Shown piece after piece: positions 10,298 to 21,188 of a DNA stretch of 61,988 bases (positions are counted from its first letter, which is position 1; each line of letters starts with the position of its first letter). The translations under genes were made by a program, and so were the position numbers. The stretch is from an uncultured Clostridia bacterium (lineage in GTDB: Bacteria; Bacillota; Clostridia; Christensenellales; UBA1242). Where the stretch lies: positions 1 through 61,988 of the forward strand of contig CALVPQ010000005.1 in the NCBI GenBank assembly GCA_944351415.1, read 5' to 3'. A model generated the notes under the pieces. It did not search any database. It was not told where the DNA came from and worked only from the letters and a program-made list of their open reading frames with translations.

Positions 10298-10519
10298 TTA
10301 GCCCTTATCACGCCAGGTTATACGACCCTTTGTTAGGTCATAAGGACTCATTTCAACTTTTACTTTATCTCCTTCAAGGATTTTTATATAGTTTTTTCGA
10401 AGTTTCCCTGAAAGATAAGTGAGTATTTCTACGCCATTAGACAAACGAACTCTAAAAGTTGTGTTTGGCAATACTTCTACTACCACTCCTTCAAATTCAA
10501 TTACATCATCTTTTGACAT
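10298..10519 (-). CDS. infA: translation initiation factor IF-1
   Basis: [29 protein letters not shown]...S1-like fold, 73 aa. Confidence 0.97.
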   Translation of the reverse strand: MSKDDVIEFEGVVVEVLPNTTFRVRLSNGVEILTYLSGKLRKNYIKILEGDKVKVEMSPYDLTKGRITWRDKG

Positions 10520-10776
10520 TACTCACTCCTTATTTTATATAAAAATTTTCTTATCAAAGCGTTTGCTCTTTCATTCTTATCAAGAACATCGCTTTCGCTT
10601 AAGGTTTCTGCTGAAAAAAGTTTTATATGTTTAAAACTTTTTTTCTTAGGGCGACTTGTCTTAAGCCTTTTACCATCTGATAAATAAGCGTATTTATCAT
10701 CTTTGCCCACAATTATAAATAATTGTCCTTTTTCTTTTCCTGCTAGTGCTATTACAACATTTCCGATTTTATACAT
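10519..10776 (-). CDS. KOW-domain RNA-binding protein (YbzG-like, between map and infA)
   Basis: [23 protein letters not shown] motif. The position is conserved in Bacillota spc-alpha clusters. Confidence 0.75.
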   Translation of the reverse strand: MYKIGNVVIALAGKEKGQLFIIVGKDDKYAYLSDGKRLKTSRPKKKSFKHIKLFSAETLSESDVLDKNERANALIRKFLYKIRSE

Positions 10777-10784
10777 ACAAGCCT

Positions 10785-11549
10785 CTAAAGTGTTAATATT
10801 TCAACACCGTCTTTAGTTACATGAACGGTATTCTCATAGTGAGCAGCAGCCTTACCATCTCTGGTTACCACTCCCCAGCCGTCTTCTATGAGCCATACGT
10901 CCTTTCTGCCCATATTTATCATAGGCTCTATTGCAAGACATGCATTCTCTGTTACAATCGGACCATCAGTCACTTTACCATAGTTTGGAACATTTGGTGG
11001 CTCATGCATAGACCTTCCTATTCCATGTCCAACAAGTTCTCGCACAACAGAAAAACCATTTTTTTCTGCATACTCTTGAATTGCATGGCTAACTTCGCCT
11101 AATCTATGTCCGACTTTTAAATGTTTGATACCCTCAAAAAAACATTGCTTAGTGACTTCAATCAGCTTTGCTTTTTCATCTGATACCTTTCCAACAGGAA
11201 ATGTGCGGGTAGCATCTCCATGTAAACCTTTATAGTTTACAACAATATCAATGCTAATTATATCCCCTTCTTTTAAAATGGTTTTTTCGCTTGGAATGCC
11301 ATGCACCACCATGTCGTTTACAGACGCACATATTGATGCTGGGTAGCCTTCATAACCTTTACATGCGGGGAACCCACCACTATCTATTATAAACTTTTCT
11401 ACAAGATTGTCAAGTTCTTTTGTTGAAATACCTGGTTTAATCAGTGTTTCACAATAATTTAGAGCGTCTCGGGTAATTTGCCCAGCTTTTCTCATTAGAA
11501 CCATCTCTGCTGGAGATAAGTTATTCACCTTTTGCCTCCATTTTTTCAA
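10785..11549 (-). CDS. map: type I methionine aminopeptidase
   Basis: MRKAGQI, metal ligands in DIVVNYKGLHGD / HGIG / EPM...E context, 254 aa. Confidence 0.95.
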   Translation of the reverse strand: MKKWRQKVNNLSPAEMVLMRKAGQITRDALNYCETLIKPGISTKELDNLVEKFIIDSGGFPACKGYEGYPASICASVNDMVVHGIPSEKTILKEGDIISIDIVVNYKGLHGDATRTFPVGKVSDEKAKLIEVTKQCFFEGIKHLKVGHRLGEVSHAIQEYAEKNGFSVVRELVGHGIGRSMHEPPNVPNYGKVTDGPIVTENACLAIEPMINMGRKDVWLIEDGWGVVTRDGKAAAHYENTVHVTKDGVEILTL

Positions 11550-12153
11550 GAAAAGTTTTCACAGGCAGATATGTCTGGTCAGGCGAACCTGCCGATGACA
11601 CCTTAAAAAGCCTGTCACTGTAGAAGTTTATGAGTGGTGATGTGTTCTTTTCATAAACTTCCAGACGATTTTTTATAGTCTGCGGTTTATCGTCATCACG
11701 CTGAATAAGTGGAGTTGAACATTTTTTGCATACATTTTCTGGATTATCTTGCACGCTGTAAATCTCTCCACAATTTGGACAAGTTCTTCTTGAAGAAATC
11801 CTTTCTATGATTATCTCATCTGCAAGTTCTACAAGAATAACACTGTCGATTTGAGAAATTTTTTCAAGAGCTTCAGCCTGGGCTATAGTTCTTGGGAAAC
11901 CATCTAAAATAAATCCTTTCTGGCAATCAGGTTTTGATATTCTATCTTTAACTAAATCAACTGTTATCTCATCAGGAACAAGTCCACCGCTTGCCATAAT
12001 ACTTTTAACCTTTTCTGCAAGTGGGCTATTTTCTTTGACGATTGCTCTAAAAAGGTCTCCTGTTGAAATTTGTGGAAGAGCAAAATCTCTTGAGATTTTT
12101 TTTGCAAGTGTGCCCTTGCCACTTCCTGGCGCGCCTAAAAGAATTATTTTCAT
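11521..12153 (-). CDS. adk: adenylate kinase (zinc-lid type)
   Basis: P-loop GAPGSGKGT, LID domain with CPNCG...CKKC, 210 aa. Confidence 0.96.
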   Translation of the reverse strand: MKIILLGAPGSGKGTLAKKISRDFALPQISTGDLFRAIVKENSPLAEKVKSIMASGGLVPDEITVDLVKDRISKPDCQKGFILDGFPRTIAQAEALEKISQIDSVILVELADEIIIERISSRRTCPNCGEIYSVQDNPENVCKKCSTPLIQRDDDKPQTIKNRLEVYEKNTSPLINFYSDRLFKVSSAGSPDQTYLPVKTFLEKMEAKGE

Positions 12154-12176
12154 ATAATCTCCTTTTTTCTCTTTTT

Positions 12177-12307
12177 GTGAAATCTCCGCTAGGCTTTATA
12201 TATTTATATTAATTTTTAAGCTGACTTAATATCAATAACAATAAAAATTAAAACTTATTAAATTAATTTTTAAAATTAACTTTTTTAATTAAAGCCTAGC
12301 ATTTCAC
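12177..12307. repeat. long-range inverted repeat filling the secY-adk spacer
   Basis: GTGAAAT(12177-83)...CTAGGCTTTA(12189-98) is complementary to TAAAGCCTAG(12290-99)/ATTTCAC(12301-07). The arms enclose about 90 nt of nearly pure A/T. Confidence 0.6.
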
Positions 12308-12344
12308 TTTATGCTTTGCAGTTTAAAACTATTTTAGCCTTATA

Positions 12345-13670
12345 TTAACTTAAAAATCCTTTATGATTACGAACAAACATCTGTGCTGAAAGTTGTTTTT
12401 CCAGCTCAAGAGCAACAGAAACAACAATCATAAGTCCAGTTGTGCTAAATGCATTTATCAAAACAGATGCCGCTTGTGCTGCTTCAGATGCTGTTCCTAC
12501 CGCACCACCTATTGCCTTAAATGCAAGTGATGGGATAAGTGCAATTACTGCAAGGAAAATAGCACCAAAGAGTGTTATTCTGCCTGAAATTCTTCCTAGA
12601 TATTCAGCTGTTGGTTTTCCTGCTCTTATACCAGGAATAAAACCACCTTGCTGTTGCAATCTCTTACTGATGTCATCAGGATTAAATGATATTTTTGAGT
12701 AGAAGAATGCAAATACTAGAATAAGAAGTGCAGTCAATACGATATATAGCCATGAGTTCGTTCCAAGCCATTCATTATACCATTCATAAGCTGCTGAATC
12801 TGGCCAAAAAATTGAAATAATAAGTTGTGGAAATGTTAGAAGTGCTGATGCAAAGATTATTGGCATAACCCCTGTTGCATTTAATTTAATAGGAATATGA
12901 TTGCTTTGCCCACCATACATCTTGTTACCCTTAATCTGTTTTGCATATTGCACACGAACTCGCTCTTCTGAACCGTCCATAAATACAATAAGAGCAAAAA
13001 TTAAGATAATTGCAACGATGAATAGTGCAAGATACCATAGATAGGTTATATCTTGAGTGCAAGCTTGTATGATTCCTGCAACTGATGAACCAGCTGATGA
13101 CAAAATACCAACAAAGATAAGAAGGCTTGTGCCATTACCTATTCCAAGGTCTGTGATACGCTCGCCAATCCATACAGTAAACATTGAACCTGCAACCATT
13201 ATGATAACCATTCCGCAACCAATAAGCCATTCAGGTAATGCTGCTGTAAGGTCTGGGTCCATTGCCTCGCTTGCATAGCCAACGACTATACCAACCGCTT
13301 GTGCGATTGCAAGAATAAGGGCTGCAATACGAGTATATAAACTTAATTTTCTTCTGCCGTCTTCACCACTCTTTGAAAGTCTTTCAAGAGAAGGAATAGC
13401 AACGGTCAATAATTGTATAACGATTGATGCTGTGATATAAGGTGAAACACCAAGTGCCAGCACTGAACAGTTTGCAAGTGCACCACCTGACACCATATTC
13501 ATAAGTTCAAAGAAACCAAATGTGTTGCTTTCTCCTAATATAAAGTCTGCATCAAATCCCACGCATGGAAGCCAGCAACCAACTCTATAAATGAAAAGAA
13601 GAAGGAGTGTGGTTAAAATCTTATTCCTAATTTCTTTCACTTTAAATGCGTCAATTATCGTTCTAAACAT
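12345..13670 (-). CDS. secY: preprotein translocase subunit SecY
   Basis: 10-TM protein, 441 aa, GVSPYITASIVIQLL motif, operon position. Confidence 0.97.
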   Translation of the reverse strand: MFRTIIDAFKVKEIRNKILTTLLLLFIYRVGCWLPCVGFDADFILGESNTFGFFELMNMVSGGALANCSVLALGVSPYITASIVIQLLTVAIPSLERLSKSGEDGRRKLSLYTRIAALILAIAQAVGIVVGYASEAMDPDLTAALPEWLIGCGMVIIMVAGSMFTVWIGERITDLGIGNGTSLLIFVGILSSAGSSVAGIIQACTQDITYLWYLALFIVAIILIFALIVFMDGSEERVRVQYAKQIKGNKMYGGQSNHIPIKLNATGVMPIIFASALLTFPQLIISIFWPDSAAYEWYNEWLGTNSWLYIVLTALLILVFAFFYSKISFNPDDISKRLQQQGGFIPGIRAGKPTAEYLGRISGRITLFGAIFLAVIALIPSLAFKAIGGAVGTASEAAQAASVLINAFSTTGLMIVVSVALELEKQLSAQMFVRNHKGFLS

Positions 13671-13673
13671 TTA

Positions 13674-14120
13674 TTATAACTCCTCTACTTTTCCGCCAAC
13701 TTTTTCAATTTTTTCTCTTGCTTGTTTTGTGAATTTTTTAGCTCGGACAGTGAGTGGTTTTGTAAGTTCTCCGTCTCCGAGAATTTTAAGACCATATTCA
13801 CTGCGTTTTCCAATAAATCTTGTTGCATATAAAAGGTCTTGGTCAATAACTGCATTAGCTTCAAATGCTTCAAGGTCTCCAACATTTACACAAGCATATC
13901 TTTTTGAAAAATTCTTGTTATTAAATCCTCTCATTGGGATTTTTCTAATCATTGGAATATTTCCGCCTTCAAAGCCAGGTCTAACACCACCGCCACTACG
14001 TGCGTTTTGACCCTTGTGACCCTTTCCACTTGTTTTACCAATTCCGCTTCCGATACCACGACCAACTCTTACTTTTTTAGTTGTGGCACCTTTTGCTGGT
14101 TTTAAATTTTCAAGTTCCAT
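13674..14120 (-). CDS. rplO: 50S ribosomal protein L15
   Basis: LKPAKGATTKKVRVGRGIGSGIGKTSGKGHKGQ. Confidence 0.97.
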   Translation of the reverse strand: MELENLKPAKGATTKKVRVGRGIGSGIGKTSGKGHKGQNARSGGGVRPGFEGGNIPMIRKIPMRGFNNKNFSKRYACVNVGDLEAFEANAVIDQDLLYATRFIGKRSEYGLKILGDGELTKPLTVRAKKFTKQAREKIEKVGGKVEEL

Positions 14121-14129
14121 TTTATCCTC

Positions 14130-14324
14130 CTACTTTACGTCTTCAACGCGAACAAGGTGAGCCACGTGATGAAGGCTTCCTCTTATTGATGCGTTGTCTG
14201 GGAGCATTCTTGTTTGTCCAAGTTTCTTAAAACCAAGAGCCTCTATAATGAGGGCTTGTTTTTTGTTGTAGCCAATTGTGCTACGAACCCAAGTAACTTT
14301 AAGCATTTTTTCTTTTTCTGCCAT
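14130..14324 (-). CDS. rpmD: 50S ribosomal protein L30
   Basis: MAEKEKMLKVTWVRSTIGYNKKQALIIEALGFKKLGQ. The start was moved to the Met at 14324, which is preceded by a GGAGG RBS. The longer ORF in the track overlaps rpsE. Confidence 0.93.
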   Translation of the reverse strand: MAEKEKMLKVTWVRSTIGYNKKQALIIEALGFKKLGQTRMLPDNASIRGSLHHVAHLVRVEDVK

Positions 14325-14334
14325 GATGCCCTCC

Positions 14335-14943
14335 TTATATCTCTTCAACTGTTTTGCCACGACGACGAGCAATCTCTTCCTTAGTTTTAAGGCTAAGAAG
14401 TCCGTTCATAGTAGCTTTTACGCAGTTCATTTTATTTGAAGAACCATGTCTTTTAGTAACAATGTTCTTAATGCCAGCAAGTTCGATAACTGCACGAGTT
14501 GAACCACCAGCAATAACTCCTGTTCCTTCTGGAGCTGGAAGCATAATAATATCTGTTGCTGAGAATTTCCCAACTGTGTTATGTGGTATTGTGTCGTTTA
14601 CAATAGGAATATTCACAACATTCTTTTTGGCATCGGTTGTGGCCTTTTCAATAGCTGCACTAACTTCTTTGCTCTTACCAATTCCAATACCAACTCGCCC
14701 CTTTCTATCTCCTACAACAACGAGAGCTGAAAAACGAAGGGTTCTTCCACCTTTAACAACCTTTTGAACTCTTCTAACAGATACAACTTGTTTATCAAAT
14801 TCGCTAGCTTCTTTTCTAGGAGCACGTTCTCTTTTATCATCTTTTCTTTTTCCAGAGAAGTTTCCTCTTTTTGACTTAGGTGATGATGTGTTTTCGTTTT
14901 CTTGGCTTGTAACTTCTGCTACAACTTGTTCATTTTCTGCCAT
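14335..14943 (-). CDS. rpsE: 30S ribosomal protein S5 (with ~45-aa N-terminal charged extension)
   Basis: [27 protein letters not shown] and the S5 C-terminal domain [19 protein letters not shown]. Confidence 0.96.
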   Translation of the reverse strand: MAENEQVVAEVTSQENENTSSPKSKRGNFSGKRKDDKRERAPRKEASEFDKQVVSVRRVQKVVKGGRTLRFSALVVVGDRKGRVGIGIGKSKEVSAAIEKATTDAKKNVVNIPIVNDTIPHNTVGKFSATDIIMLPAPEGTGVIAGGSTRAVIELAGIKNIVTKRHGSSNKMNCVKATMNGLLSLKTKEEIARRRGKTVEEI

Positions 14944-14952
14944 GATGACCTC

Positions 14953-15321
14953 CTAAAATTTGAGTCCAGCTTCTCTGGCACCATCAGCCAAAGCCTGAAC
15001 ACGACCGATATAGATGTATCCACCTCTATCAAAAACAACTTCGCTTATATTCTTTTCCATTGCACGCTTTGCAATAGTCTGTCCTACAATCTTAGCTTGC
15101 TCTGATTTAGATTTTCCTTGGCAAAGAGCTTTAACATCTTTGTCAAGAGTGGAAGCAGAAGCAAGAGTAACTCCCTTTACATCATCAATAACTTGAGCAT
15201 AGATTTGACTTAAACTTCTGTATACACAAAGACGAGGTCTTTCACTTGTTCCAGAAAGTTTTCTTCTTACTCTTTTATGACGAACTACTCTTTCTTGATT
15301 TTTATCTGTTTTGTTAATCAT
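14953..15321 (-). CDS. rplR: 50S ribosomal protein L18
   Basis: [34 protein letters not shown]. Confidence 0.97.
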   Translation of the reverse strand: MINKTDKNQERVVRHKRVRRKLSGTSERPRLCVYRSLSQIYAQVIDDVKGVTLASASTLDKDVKALCQGKSKSEQAKIVGQTIAKRAMEKNISEVVFDRGGYIYIGRVQALADGAREAGLKF

Positions 15322-15332
15322 ACGAAGTTCTC

Positions 15333-15881
15333 CTATTTCTTGCCTTTACCGGCTGTTTTTCCGACTTTTCTTATAACTACTTGGTCAGAATATCTGATTC
15401 CGTAGCCATGATATGGTTCTACAGGTCTGATATATTTAACATTTGAAGCAAATTGACCAACTTCTTGTTTGCTTATTCCACTTATAACAATTTCTGTTGC
15501 ACTTGGGCAGTTAACAGTGATTCCTTGTGGAATTTCAACTTCAACTGGGTGAGAGAAACCAAGGTTCATAACAAGTTTATTGCCGCTAACACTTGCCTTG
15601 TAACCTACACCTGAGATTTGAAGTGTTTTCTTAAATCCATCATGAACACCAACAACCATGTTGTGAGCAAGAGCTCTATAAAGACCATGCTTTGCATTTG
15701 ATGATGGAGATTCTTTTGCTATTTCAAAAGAAAGGTTTTGCCCATCAATATTTACTTTAATAACGTTATCAATAGTTTGAGATAAGCTACCTTTTGGACC
15801 TGTGACAGTAAGTGTGTCATTTTCAAATTTTGCAGTTACGCCTGCTGGCATAACAATTAGTTCTTTACCTATTCTAGACAT
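15333..15881 (-). CDS. rplF: 50S ribosomal protein L6
   Basis: [15 protein letters not shown]... is the typical L6 start. The track ORF starts 7 codons upstream, inside rpsH. Confidence 0.95.
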   Translation of the reverse strand: MSRIGKELIVMPAGVTAKFENDTLTVTGPKGSLSQTIDNVIKVNIDGQNLSFEIAKESPSSNAKHGLYRALAHNMVVGVHDGFKKTLQISGVGYKASVSGNKLVMNLGFSHPVEVEIPQGITVNCPSATEIVISGISKQEVGQFASNVKYIRPVEPYHGYGIRYSDQVVIRKVGKTAGKGKK

Positions 15882-15891
15882 AACTACCTCC

Positions 15892-16290
15892 TTACCATAC
15901 ATAAGCGAGCACTTCGCCGCCTACTCCAAGTTTTCTTGCTTCTTTATCAGTAACAATACCCTTGTTTGTAGAGATAATTGCGATTCCAAGTCCGCTTATA
16001 ACTTTTGGAAGTTTATCCTTTTGAGCGTAGATACGAAGTCCTGGTTTAGATATTCTTTTAAGACCTTGTATAACGCTATCGCCAGTTTCATCATATTTTA
16101 AAGTGATAATGATATTTTTGTGTCCAGCTTCTGTAGCTTCTTCATAAGAAGTGATATAACCTTCATCAAGAAGGATTTTAGAAATTGCACGTTTTTCATT
16201 TGATGCAGGAATACTTACTTTGTCATGCTTAACTTGAATTGCATTTCTAATTCTTGTAAGCATATCTGCGATTGGATCTGTAACTAACAT
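15892..16290 (-). CDS. rpsH: 30S ribosomal protein S8
   Basis: [13 protein letters not shown] signature. Confidence 0.97.
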   Translation of the reverse strand: MLVTDPIADMLTRIRNAIQVKHDKVSIPASNEKRAISKILLDEGYITSYEEATEAGHKNIIITLKYDETGDSVIQGLKRISKPGLRIYAQKDKLPKVISGLGIAIISTNKGIVTDKEARKLGVGGEVLAYVW

Positions 16291-16306
16291 TCTTTTCCTC
16301 CTTATC

Positions 16307-16492
16307 TTACCAGCTAGACTTCTTTACGCCTGGGATTTCACCCTTATTGGCGAGTTCTCTGAAGCAAATTCTGCAAATTCCATATTTTCTTAGAACAGCA
16401 TGAGGTCTGCCACATAGAGAGCATCTAGTATACTGACGAGTTTTATACTTTTGTGTTCTTTTTTGTTTTTCAACTAATGCTTTTTTAGCCAT
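16307..16492 (-). CDS. rpsN: 30S ribosomal protein S14 type Z (zinc-binding)
   Basis: 61 aa with the [23 protein letters not shown] CxxC...CxxC motif. Confidence 0.96.
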   Translation of the reverse strand: MAKKALVEKQKRTQKYKTRQYTRCSLCGRPHAVLRKYGICRICFRELANKGEIPGVKKSSW

Positions 16493-16502
16493 AACTTATC
16501 TC

Positions 16503-17054
16503 CTACTTAGCAAAAGGCAAACCAAGTGCCTTTAAGAGTGCTTTTGCCTCTTCATCAGTTTTAGCGGTTGTTACAAAAGTAATATCAAAACCTCTAATCT
16601 TTTCGACTTTTTCATAAACAATTTCTGGGAATATAAGTTGTTCTTTAATTCCCATAGAGTAATTTCCCTTTCCGTCAAATGACTTATCTGAAATTCCTCT
16701 AAAATCTCTCACTTTTGGAAGAGCGATTGATGTGAGTCTATCAAAGAACTCATACATACGGTCTCCTCTAAGTGTGACTTTTGCACCAATCTTTTGTCCT
16801 TCTCTTAAACCGAAGTTAGAAATTGATTTTTTTGCAACTGTTACAACAGGTTTTTGCCCTGAAATAGCTGCAAGTTCGTCTACAGCGATATTGAAGCTCT
16901 TTGAATTTCCTTTAACTTCACCAAGCCCCATATTTAAAACTATTTTTACAAGTTTTGGAACTTCGTTTACATTTTTGTAATTAAATTCTTTAATAAGAGC
17001 AGGAACAATTTCTTTCTTATACATCTCTAAAATTCTATTTTGTTCTTTTGCCAT
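16503..17054 (-). CDS. rplE: 50S ribosomal protein L5
   Basis: [46 protein letters not shown]. Confidence 0.97.
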   Translation of the reverse strand: MAKEQNRILEMYKKEIVPALIKEFNYKNVNEVPKLVKIVLNMGLGEVKGNSKSFNIAVDELAAISGQKPVVTVAKKSISNFGLREGQKIGAKVTLRGDRMYEFFDRLTSIALPKVRDFRGISDKSFDGKGNYSMGIKEQLIFPEIVYEKVEKIRGFDITFVTTAKTDEEAKALLKALGLPFAK

Positions 17055-17063
17055 GTTTTACTC

Positions 17064-17666
17064 CTATTTTGTTTCCTTAGCTTCCGCTGTCGACTTTTTT
17101 GTTGTTTTCTTTGCTGCTGGTTTAGCTGCTGTCTTTTCACTAGCTGTAGCAGTCTTTGTTGTTTTAGCAGTTGTCTTTGTAGTTGCTGTTTTTGTTGTTG
17201 TTGATTTCTTTGTTGTTTGTTTAGCTTCACTTGTTTTAGCAGTCTTCTTTGCAGGTTTTTCTTCTGATGAAGCTGCCTTTAAACTTGCACCTTTAAGTTC
17301 GCTTGCTTTAATTGTTTTCTTAGCTTCTTTCTTTGTTGCTTTAACAAATTCTTTATCAAGAGAAGCCCCACACTTTTTGCAAGCACGGAATTTCTTTCCA
17401 TCAACTTCTTTGTGACCTACTCTTGTTGCCTTGCTACATACTGGGCATACAACCATAACATTTGATGCTTCAATTGGAGCTGGTCTTTTGAAAATGCCAC
17501 CCTTATCTTGTTGTGACCTTGGTTTTTGGTGCTTTGAAACAATATTTACATTTTCAACAAGCACTTTATTTTCCTCAGCATAAACAGCTGTAACTTTTCC
17601 AGTTTTGCCTTTATCTTTTCCAGCGATAACTACAACACTATCGCCACTTTTTATTGTCATCTTCAT
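17064..17666 (-). CDS. rplX: 50S ribosomal protein L24 with ~95-aa K/T/A-rich C-terminal extension
   Basis: KOW motif GDSVVVIAGKDKGKTGKV and zinc-ribbon-like CPVC...CKKC, followed by a long low-complexity tail (KKTAKTSEAKQTTKKSTTTKTATTKTTAKTTKTATASEK...). The start is set at the Met at 17666, 7 nt downstream of an AGGAG RBS. Confidence 0.93.
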   Translation of the reverse strand: MKMTIKSGDSVVVIAGKDKGKTGKVTAVYAEENKVLVENVNIVSKHQKPRSQQDKGGIFKRPAPIEASNVMVVCPVCSKATRVGHKEVDGKKFRACKKCGASLDKEFVKATKKEAKKTIKASELKGASLKAASSEEKPAKKTAKTSEAKQTTKKSTTTKTATTKTTAKTTKTATASEKTAAKPAAKKTTKKSTAEAKETK

Positions 17667-17679
17667 TATGCCGCTCCTT

Positions 17680-18048
17680 TTATATAACATCTGGTGCTAG
17701 AGATATAATTTTCATATATCCCTTATCACGAAGTTCTCTTGCGATAGGTCCGAACACACGAGTTCCTTTTGGTTGCTTTTGGTTATCTATGATAACAGCT
17801 GCATTATCGTCAAATCTGATATGTGAACCATCTGGTCTTCTAAGTCCTTTTGAAGAGCGAACTATAACTGCTTTTACAACATCACCTTTCTTAACAGTTC
17901 CGCCAGGAATTGCCTTCTTTACAGAAGCTACGATAACATCACCAATATTTCCGCTTCTTCTGAAAGAACCGCCAAGAACTCTGATACACATAATTTCTTT
18001 TGCACCTGTGTTATCTGCTACTTTTAATCTTGTTTGAGGTTGAATCAT
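17680..18048 (-). CDS. rplN: 50S ribosomal protein L14
   Basis: [18 protein letters not shown]. Confidence 0.98.
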   Translation of the reverse strand: MIQPQTRLKVADNTGAKEIMCIRVLGGSFRRSGNIGDVIVASVKKAIPGGTVKKGDVVKAVIVRSSKGLRRPDGSHIRFDDNAAVIIDNQKQPKGTRVFGPIARELRDKGYMKIISLAPDVI

Positions 18049-18060
18049 AACTCACTCCTT

Positions 18061-18327
18061 TTACTTAGCTTTCTCTACGATTTCTACAACACGGAAATGT
18101 TTATCTTTAGAAAGTGGTCTTGTTTCCATAATTCTTACTGTATCACCAATTCCGCATTCGTTGTTTTCATCATGAGCCTTGAACTTCTTTGATTTTTGAA
18201 CGACTTTTTTATAGATAGGGCTCTTTACTCTGGAAACGACTTTAACAACAACAGTTTTGTCCATTTTGCCAGCTGATACTACTTCGCCCACACGAGTGAT
18301 TCTTGTTGAGTTTCTACTTGTTTCCAT
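18061..18327 (-). CDS. rpsQ: 30S ribosomal protein S17
   Basis: [11 protein letters not shown]...[36 protein letters not shown]. Confidence 0.97.
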   Translation of the reverse strand: METSRNSTRITRVGEVVSAGKMDKTVVVKVVSRVKSPIYKKVVQKSKKFKAHDENNECGIGDTVRIMETRPLSKDKHFRVVEIVEKAK

Positions 18328-18532
18328 TGTTTTCCCCCTTTTCTTGTAATTCTTTTTCTCTTAAAACTGTTTTTACTCTTGCAATATCCTTTTTAACATT
18401 GTGAAGTGCCATAGGATTTGCAAGTGACCTTGTAGCGTGAGAGAAACGAAGATTAAATAATTCGCTGTTAAGCTCTTTAAGCTTTGCGTTTAGCTCTGCT
18501 ACTGTCAAATACTTAATTTCATTAATTTTCAT
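18314..18532 (-). CDS. rpmC: 50S ribosomal protein L29
   Basis: [22 protein letters not shown]. Confidence 0.95.
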   Translation of the reverse strand: MKINEIKYLTVAELNAKLKELNSELFNLRFSHATRSLANPMALHNVKKDIARVKTVLREKELQEKGENNGNK

Positions 18533-18965
18533 CTTTCACACCACCTTTTGTAGCATTGTCTTCTTTCTTTATAAACTTAACCTTGCAAGGAAGTTTATGT
18601 CCGGCAAGTCTTAAAGCTTCTTTTGCAACTTCTTCAGACACGCCTTCTATTTCGAAGAGAACTCTGCCAGGTTTTACAACTGCAACCCAGAACTCTGGAG
18701 AACCTTTTCCTGAACCCATACGAGTTTCAGCTGGTTTCTTTGTTACTGGCTTATCAGGGAAGATTTTAATCCAAACTTTACCATCTCTTCTTGTGTAACG
18801 AGTAAGCGCAATACGAGCGGCTTCAATTTGATTTGACTTTATCCAGCATGGTTCTGTGGCAATAATACCATAAGAGCCATAAGTTAAAGTGTTCCCCCTT
18901 GTTGCTTTGCCTGTCATTCTGCCTCTATGAACTTTTCTTCTTTTTACTCTTTTAGGCATCAACAT
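18522..18965 (-). CDS. rplP: 50S ribosomal protein L16
   Basis: [25 protein letters not shown]. Confidence 0.98.
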   Translation of the reverse strand: MLMPKRVKRRKVHRGRMTGKATRGNTLTYGSYGIIATEPCWIKSNQIEAARIALTRYTRRDGKVWIKIFPDKPVTKKPAETRMGSGKGSPEFWVAVVKPGRVLFEIEGVSEEVAKEALRLAGHKLPCKVKFIKKEDNATKGGVKDEN

Positions 18966-19636
18966 TATTCTTGTCCTCCTTTTTTATCAGACGACCTTTT
19001 GCCAAGGATTTCACCTTTGTAAATCCAGCATTTAACACCAATTTTACCAATAAGTGTGTAAGCTGCCGCTTCACCATAATCTATATCTGCTCTAAGAGTA
19101 TGAAGTGGAACTGAACCTCTGAATTGTTTTTCAACTTGAGATTGTTCATTAGCTTTTGCAAGAACACCTGCAACTTGAACTTTGCAACCCTTAGCACCAG
19201 CCTTCATAATTCTTTCTGCAGCTTGTTTTAAAGCTCTTTTTGCAGCAACACGTTTTTCAAGTTGTGCTGCGATGCTTTCAGCAACAAGTTGAGCATCTAA
19301 ATCTGGTTTTTTAATTTCTTTTACATTTACAAGTAAAAGTTTTACAGGTCTTATTAATTTTTGAACATCTTTCTTAATATTTTCAATACCAGCACCCTTT
19401 GTTCCAATAATCATACCAGGTTTTGCTGTGAAGATATTGATAACAAGTTTGCCCTCTGTTCTCTCTATTGTTATTTTAGAAATAGAGCAAGCTTTATATT
19501 TTTTCATTAAGAAATTCTTTACATCTTGGTCTTCTTTAAGGTTTGCAGCAAAAGTTTTCTTATCTGCATACCAAGTTGAATTCCAGTCTTTGTTTATTCC
19601 AATACGAAGTCCTATTGGACTAACCTTTTGTCCCAT
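18965..19636 (-). CDS. rpsC: 30S ribosomal protein S3
   Basis: [24 protein letters not shown] and a KH domain. Confidence 0.98.
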   Translation of the reverse strand: MGQKVSPIGLRIGINKDWNSTWYADKKTFAANLKEDQDVKNFLMKKYKACSISKITIERTEGKLVINIFTAKPGMIIGTKGAGIENIKKDVQKLIRPVKLLLVNVKEIKKPDLDAQLVAESIAAQLEKRVAAKRALKQAAERIMKAGAKGCKVQVAGVLAKANEQSQVEKQFRGSVPLHTLRADIDYGEAAAYTLIGKIGVKCWIYKGEILGKRSSDKKGGQE

Positions 19637-19638
19637 TC

Positions 19639-20028
19639 TTAGCCTCCTACTACTTCATCAAGCACAATAGTGATATGTGAAGTCTTTTTAAGAATAATGT
19701 TGCCTGAGCCTTTTGCTCTTGGACTCATTCTTTTAAATTGTGGACCGCTTGTTGCATAAGCTTCTTTAACAAATAATGTTTCAGCATTTTTGCCCATATT
19801 GTTTTCAGCATTTGCGATTGCACTCTTTAAAACTTTGAGACTTTCAAAAGCGCCCTTATCAGGCATATTTTCAAGTATAGCAACAGCTTCCCCTGCTTTT
19901 TTGCCACGAATAAGGTCTAGAACATAAGTGATTTTGCTTGGGCTCATTCTTACATATTTAGCTTTTGCATAAGGGTATTTTGTCTGTGCTTTTCTTTTCT
20001 CTGCTTTTTGTCTAATTCTTGTAGCCAT
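19639..20028 (-). CDS. rplV: 50S ribosomal protein L22
   Basis: AKAKYVRMSPSKITYVLDLIRGKKAGEAVAIL. Confidence 0.96.
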   Translation of the reverse strand: MATRIRQKAEKRKAQTKYPYAKAKYVRMSPSKITYVLDLIRGKKAGEAVAILENMPDKGAFESLKVLKSAIANAENNMGKNAETLFVKEAYATSGPQFKRMSPRAKGSGNIILKKTSHITIVLDEVVGG

Positions 20029-20037
20029 TATTTACCT

Positions 20038-20331
20038 CTACTTTTTGCCTGTTTTTGTTGCAACACTTGCCGACTTTTTAGTGTGTCCCTTATAAGTTCT
20101 TGTTGGAGAGAATTCTCCAAGTTTATGACCTACCATATCAGCGGTGCAGTAAACAGGGACATGTTTCTTACCATTGTGCACTGCAAAAGTGAATCCTACA
20201 AAATCAGGATATATAGTAGATGCTCTTGACCAAGTTTTAATAGGTCTTTTAACGCCAGATTCTTGCATCTCGGCAACCTTTTTAAGCAAACTTGGGTGAA
20301 CGTAAGGCTTTTTCTTTAATGATTTGCTCAT
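20038..20331 (-). CDS. rpsS: 30S ribosomal protein S19
   Basis: [31 protein letters not shown]. Confidence 0.97.
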   Translation of the reverse strand: MSKSLKKKPYVHPSLLKKVAEMQESGVKRPIKTWSRASTIYPDFVGFTFAVHNGKKHVPVYCTADMVGHKLGEFSPTRTYKGHTKKSASVATKTGKK

Positions 20332-20342
20332 AGTTTTCTCTC

Positions 20343-21170
20343 CTAATTTATTCTCTTAACCATTAAACGGTTAGTTTTATTCTTTTTCTTTCTTGTCTTA
20401 TAGCCGAGAGCAGGTTTATTCCAAGGTGTGACAGGTGAAGCCATACCAACAGGGCTCTTACCTTCACCACCACCATGCTTGTGGTCATTAGGGTTCATAG
20501 CTACACCACGGACAGTAGGTCTAACACCTAAATGTCTTTTTCTTCCAGCTTTGCCGAGAGAAACAAGTTCATGGTCGATATTACCAACAGTTCCGATTGT
20601 AGCACGACAAGTTAAAAGAACCTTTCTCATTTCGCCACTTGGCAAACGAAGAGTTGCATACTTGCCTTCTTTAGCCATAAGTTGAACTTCAGAACCTGCA
20701 CTACGGGCAAGCTGAGCACCTTTCTTAGGCTCAAGTTCAATATTGTGAATAAGTGAACCGACAGGAATTTTTGCAAGTGGAAGAGCGTTGCCGACTTTGA
20801 TTTCAACTTCTTCCCCGCTCATAACAACATCACCATCTTTAAGCCCATTAGGAGCAATTATATATCTCTTTTCACCATCAGCATAGTTTAAAAGAGCAAT
20901 ATAAGCTGTTCTATTTGGGTCATATTCGATACCTACAACTTTTGCAGGAATGTTGTCTTTATTACGTTTAAAATCGATGATACGATATTTTTGTCTGTTT
21001 CCACCACCTTGGTGACGAACAGTAACCTTGCCTTGAGCATTTCTTCCAGCGTTTTTCTTTTTAACGTCAAGAAGAGATTTTTCAGGCTCTTTCTTTGTGA
21101 TTTCTTCGTAGGAAGAGGTTGTGTAGAATCTTCTTCCAGCGGAAGTTGGTCTGTGTGTTTTAATTGCCAT
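20343..21170 (-). CDS. rplB: 50S ribosomal protein L2
   Basis: [15 protein letters not shown]..., [19 protein letters not shown]. Confidence 0.98.
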   Translation of the reverse strand: MAIKTHRPTSAGRRFYTTSSYEEITKKEPEKSLLDVKKKNAGRNAQGKVTVRHQGGGNRQKYRIIDFKRNKDNIPAKVVGIEYDPNRTAYIALLNYADGEKRYIIAPNGLKDGDVVMSGEEVEIKVGNALPLAKIPVGSLIHNIELEPKKGAQLARSAGSEVQLMAKEGKYATLRLPSGEMRKVLLTCRATIGTVGNIDHELVSLGKAGRKRHLGVRPTVRGVAMNPNDHKHGGGEGKSPVGMASPVTPWNKPALGYKTRKKKNKTNRLMVKRIN

Positions 21171-21188
21171 AATTTAGCCCCTCCCTTT

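Noticed and set aside
17027-17415. ORFs 17027..17230 (-) and 17053..17415 (+), with Q/K-rich or V/F-rich translations.
   Set aside because: These are alternative-frame and antisense readings of the repetitive L24 tail DNA. Their low-complexity products are artefacts.
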